A program made the translations under genes and the position numbers. The notes beneath the pieces are model-generated. The model was not told where the DNA came from. It saw only the letters and a list, made by a program, of their open reading frames with translations, and made no database searches. Below are positions 63,895 to 64,000 of a DNA stretch of 64,000 nt, piece by piece. Position 1 is the first letter of the stretch. Each line of letters opens with the position of its first letter. Source of the DNA: Eledone cirrhosa (Eukaryota); assembly GCA_964016885.1 (NCBI GenBank), contig OZ024743.1, forward strand, positions 146,506,001 through 146,570,000, read 5' to 3'.

Positions 63895-63948
<54 letters not shown>

Positions 63949-64000
63949 AGAGAGAGAGTGAGAGAGATATAGATAGATATATTTCTTTACATAACCTGCC

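Overview
Eukaryotic, AT-rich, repeat-saturated DNA. The SINE and RTE-tail families resemble those of octopus/cephalopods, but this taxon assignment is an inference. No host protein-coding gene can be supported, and most ORFs in the track are microsatellite artefacts. All recognisable coding sequence is transposon-derived: (1) a near-intact two-ORF Tx1-clade LINE at about 24872-30656, a decayed relative at about 47707-53180 and four short 3'-end copies, all on + and all ending in (ATCT)n; (2) stacked R4/Dong-like RLE LINE fragments ending in (ATAC)n; (3) RTE LINE fragments, one with a PHD-like insert and one with a twin-priming inversion; (4) a DD37D Tc1/mariner; (5) two Helitron derivatives; (6) Penelope-like (PLE) RT/GIY-YIG fragments. 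The main hidden signal is non-coding. At least 8 hammerhead ribozyme motifs (5 with intact cores) from several unrelated sequence families sit in short elements inside (TA)n, most with fold-back ends. One is a 514-bp terminally redundant, retrozyme-like unit carrying a full canonical hammerhead.
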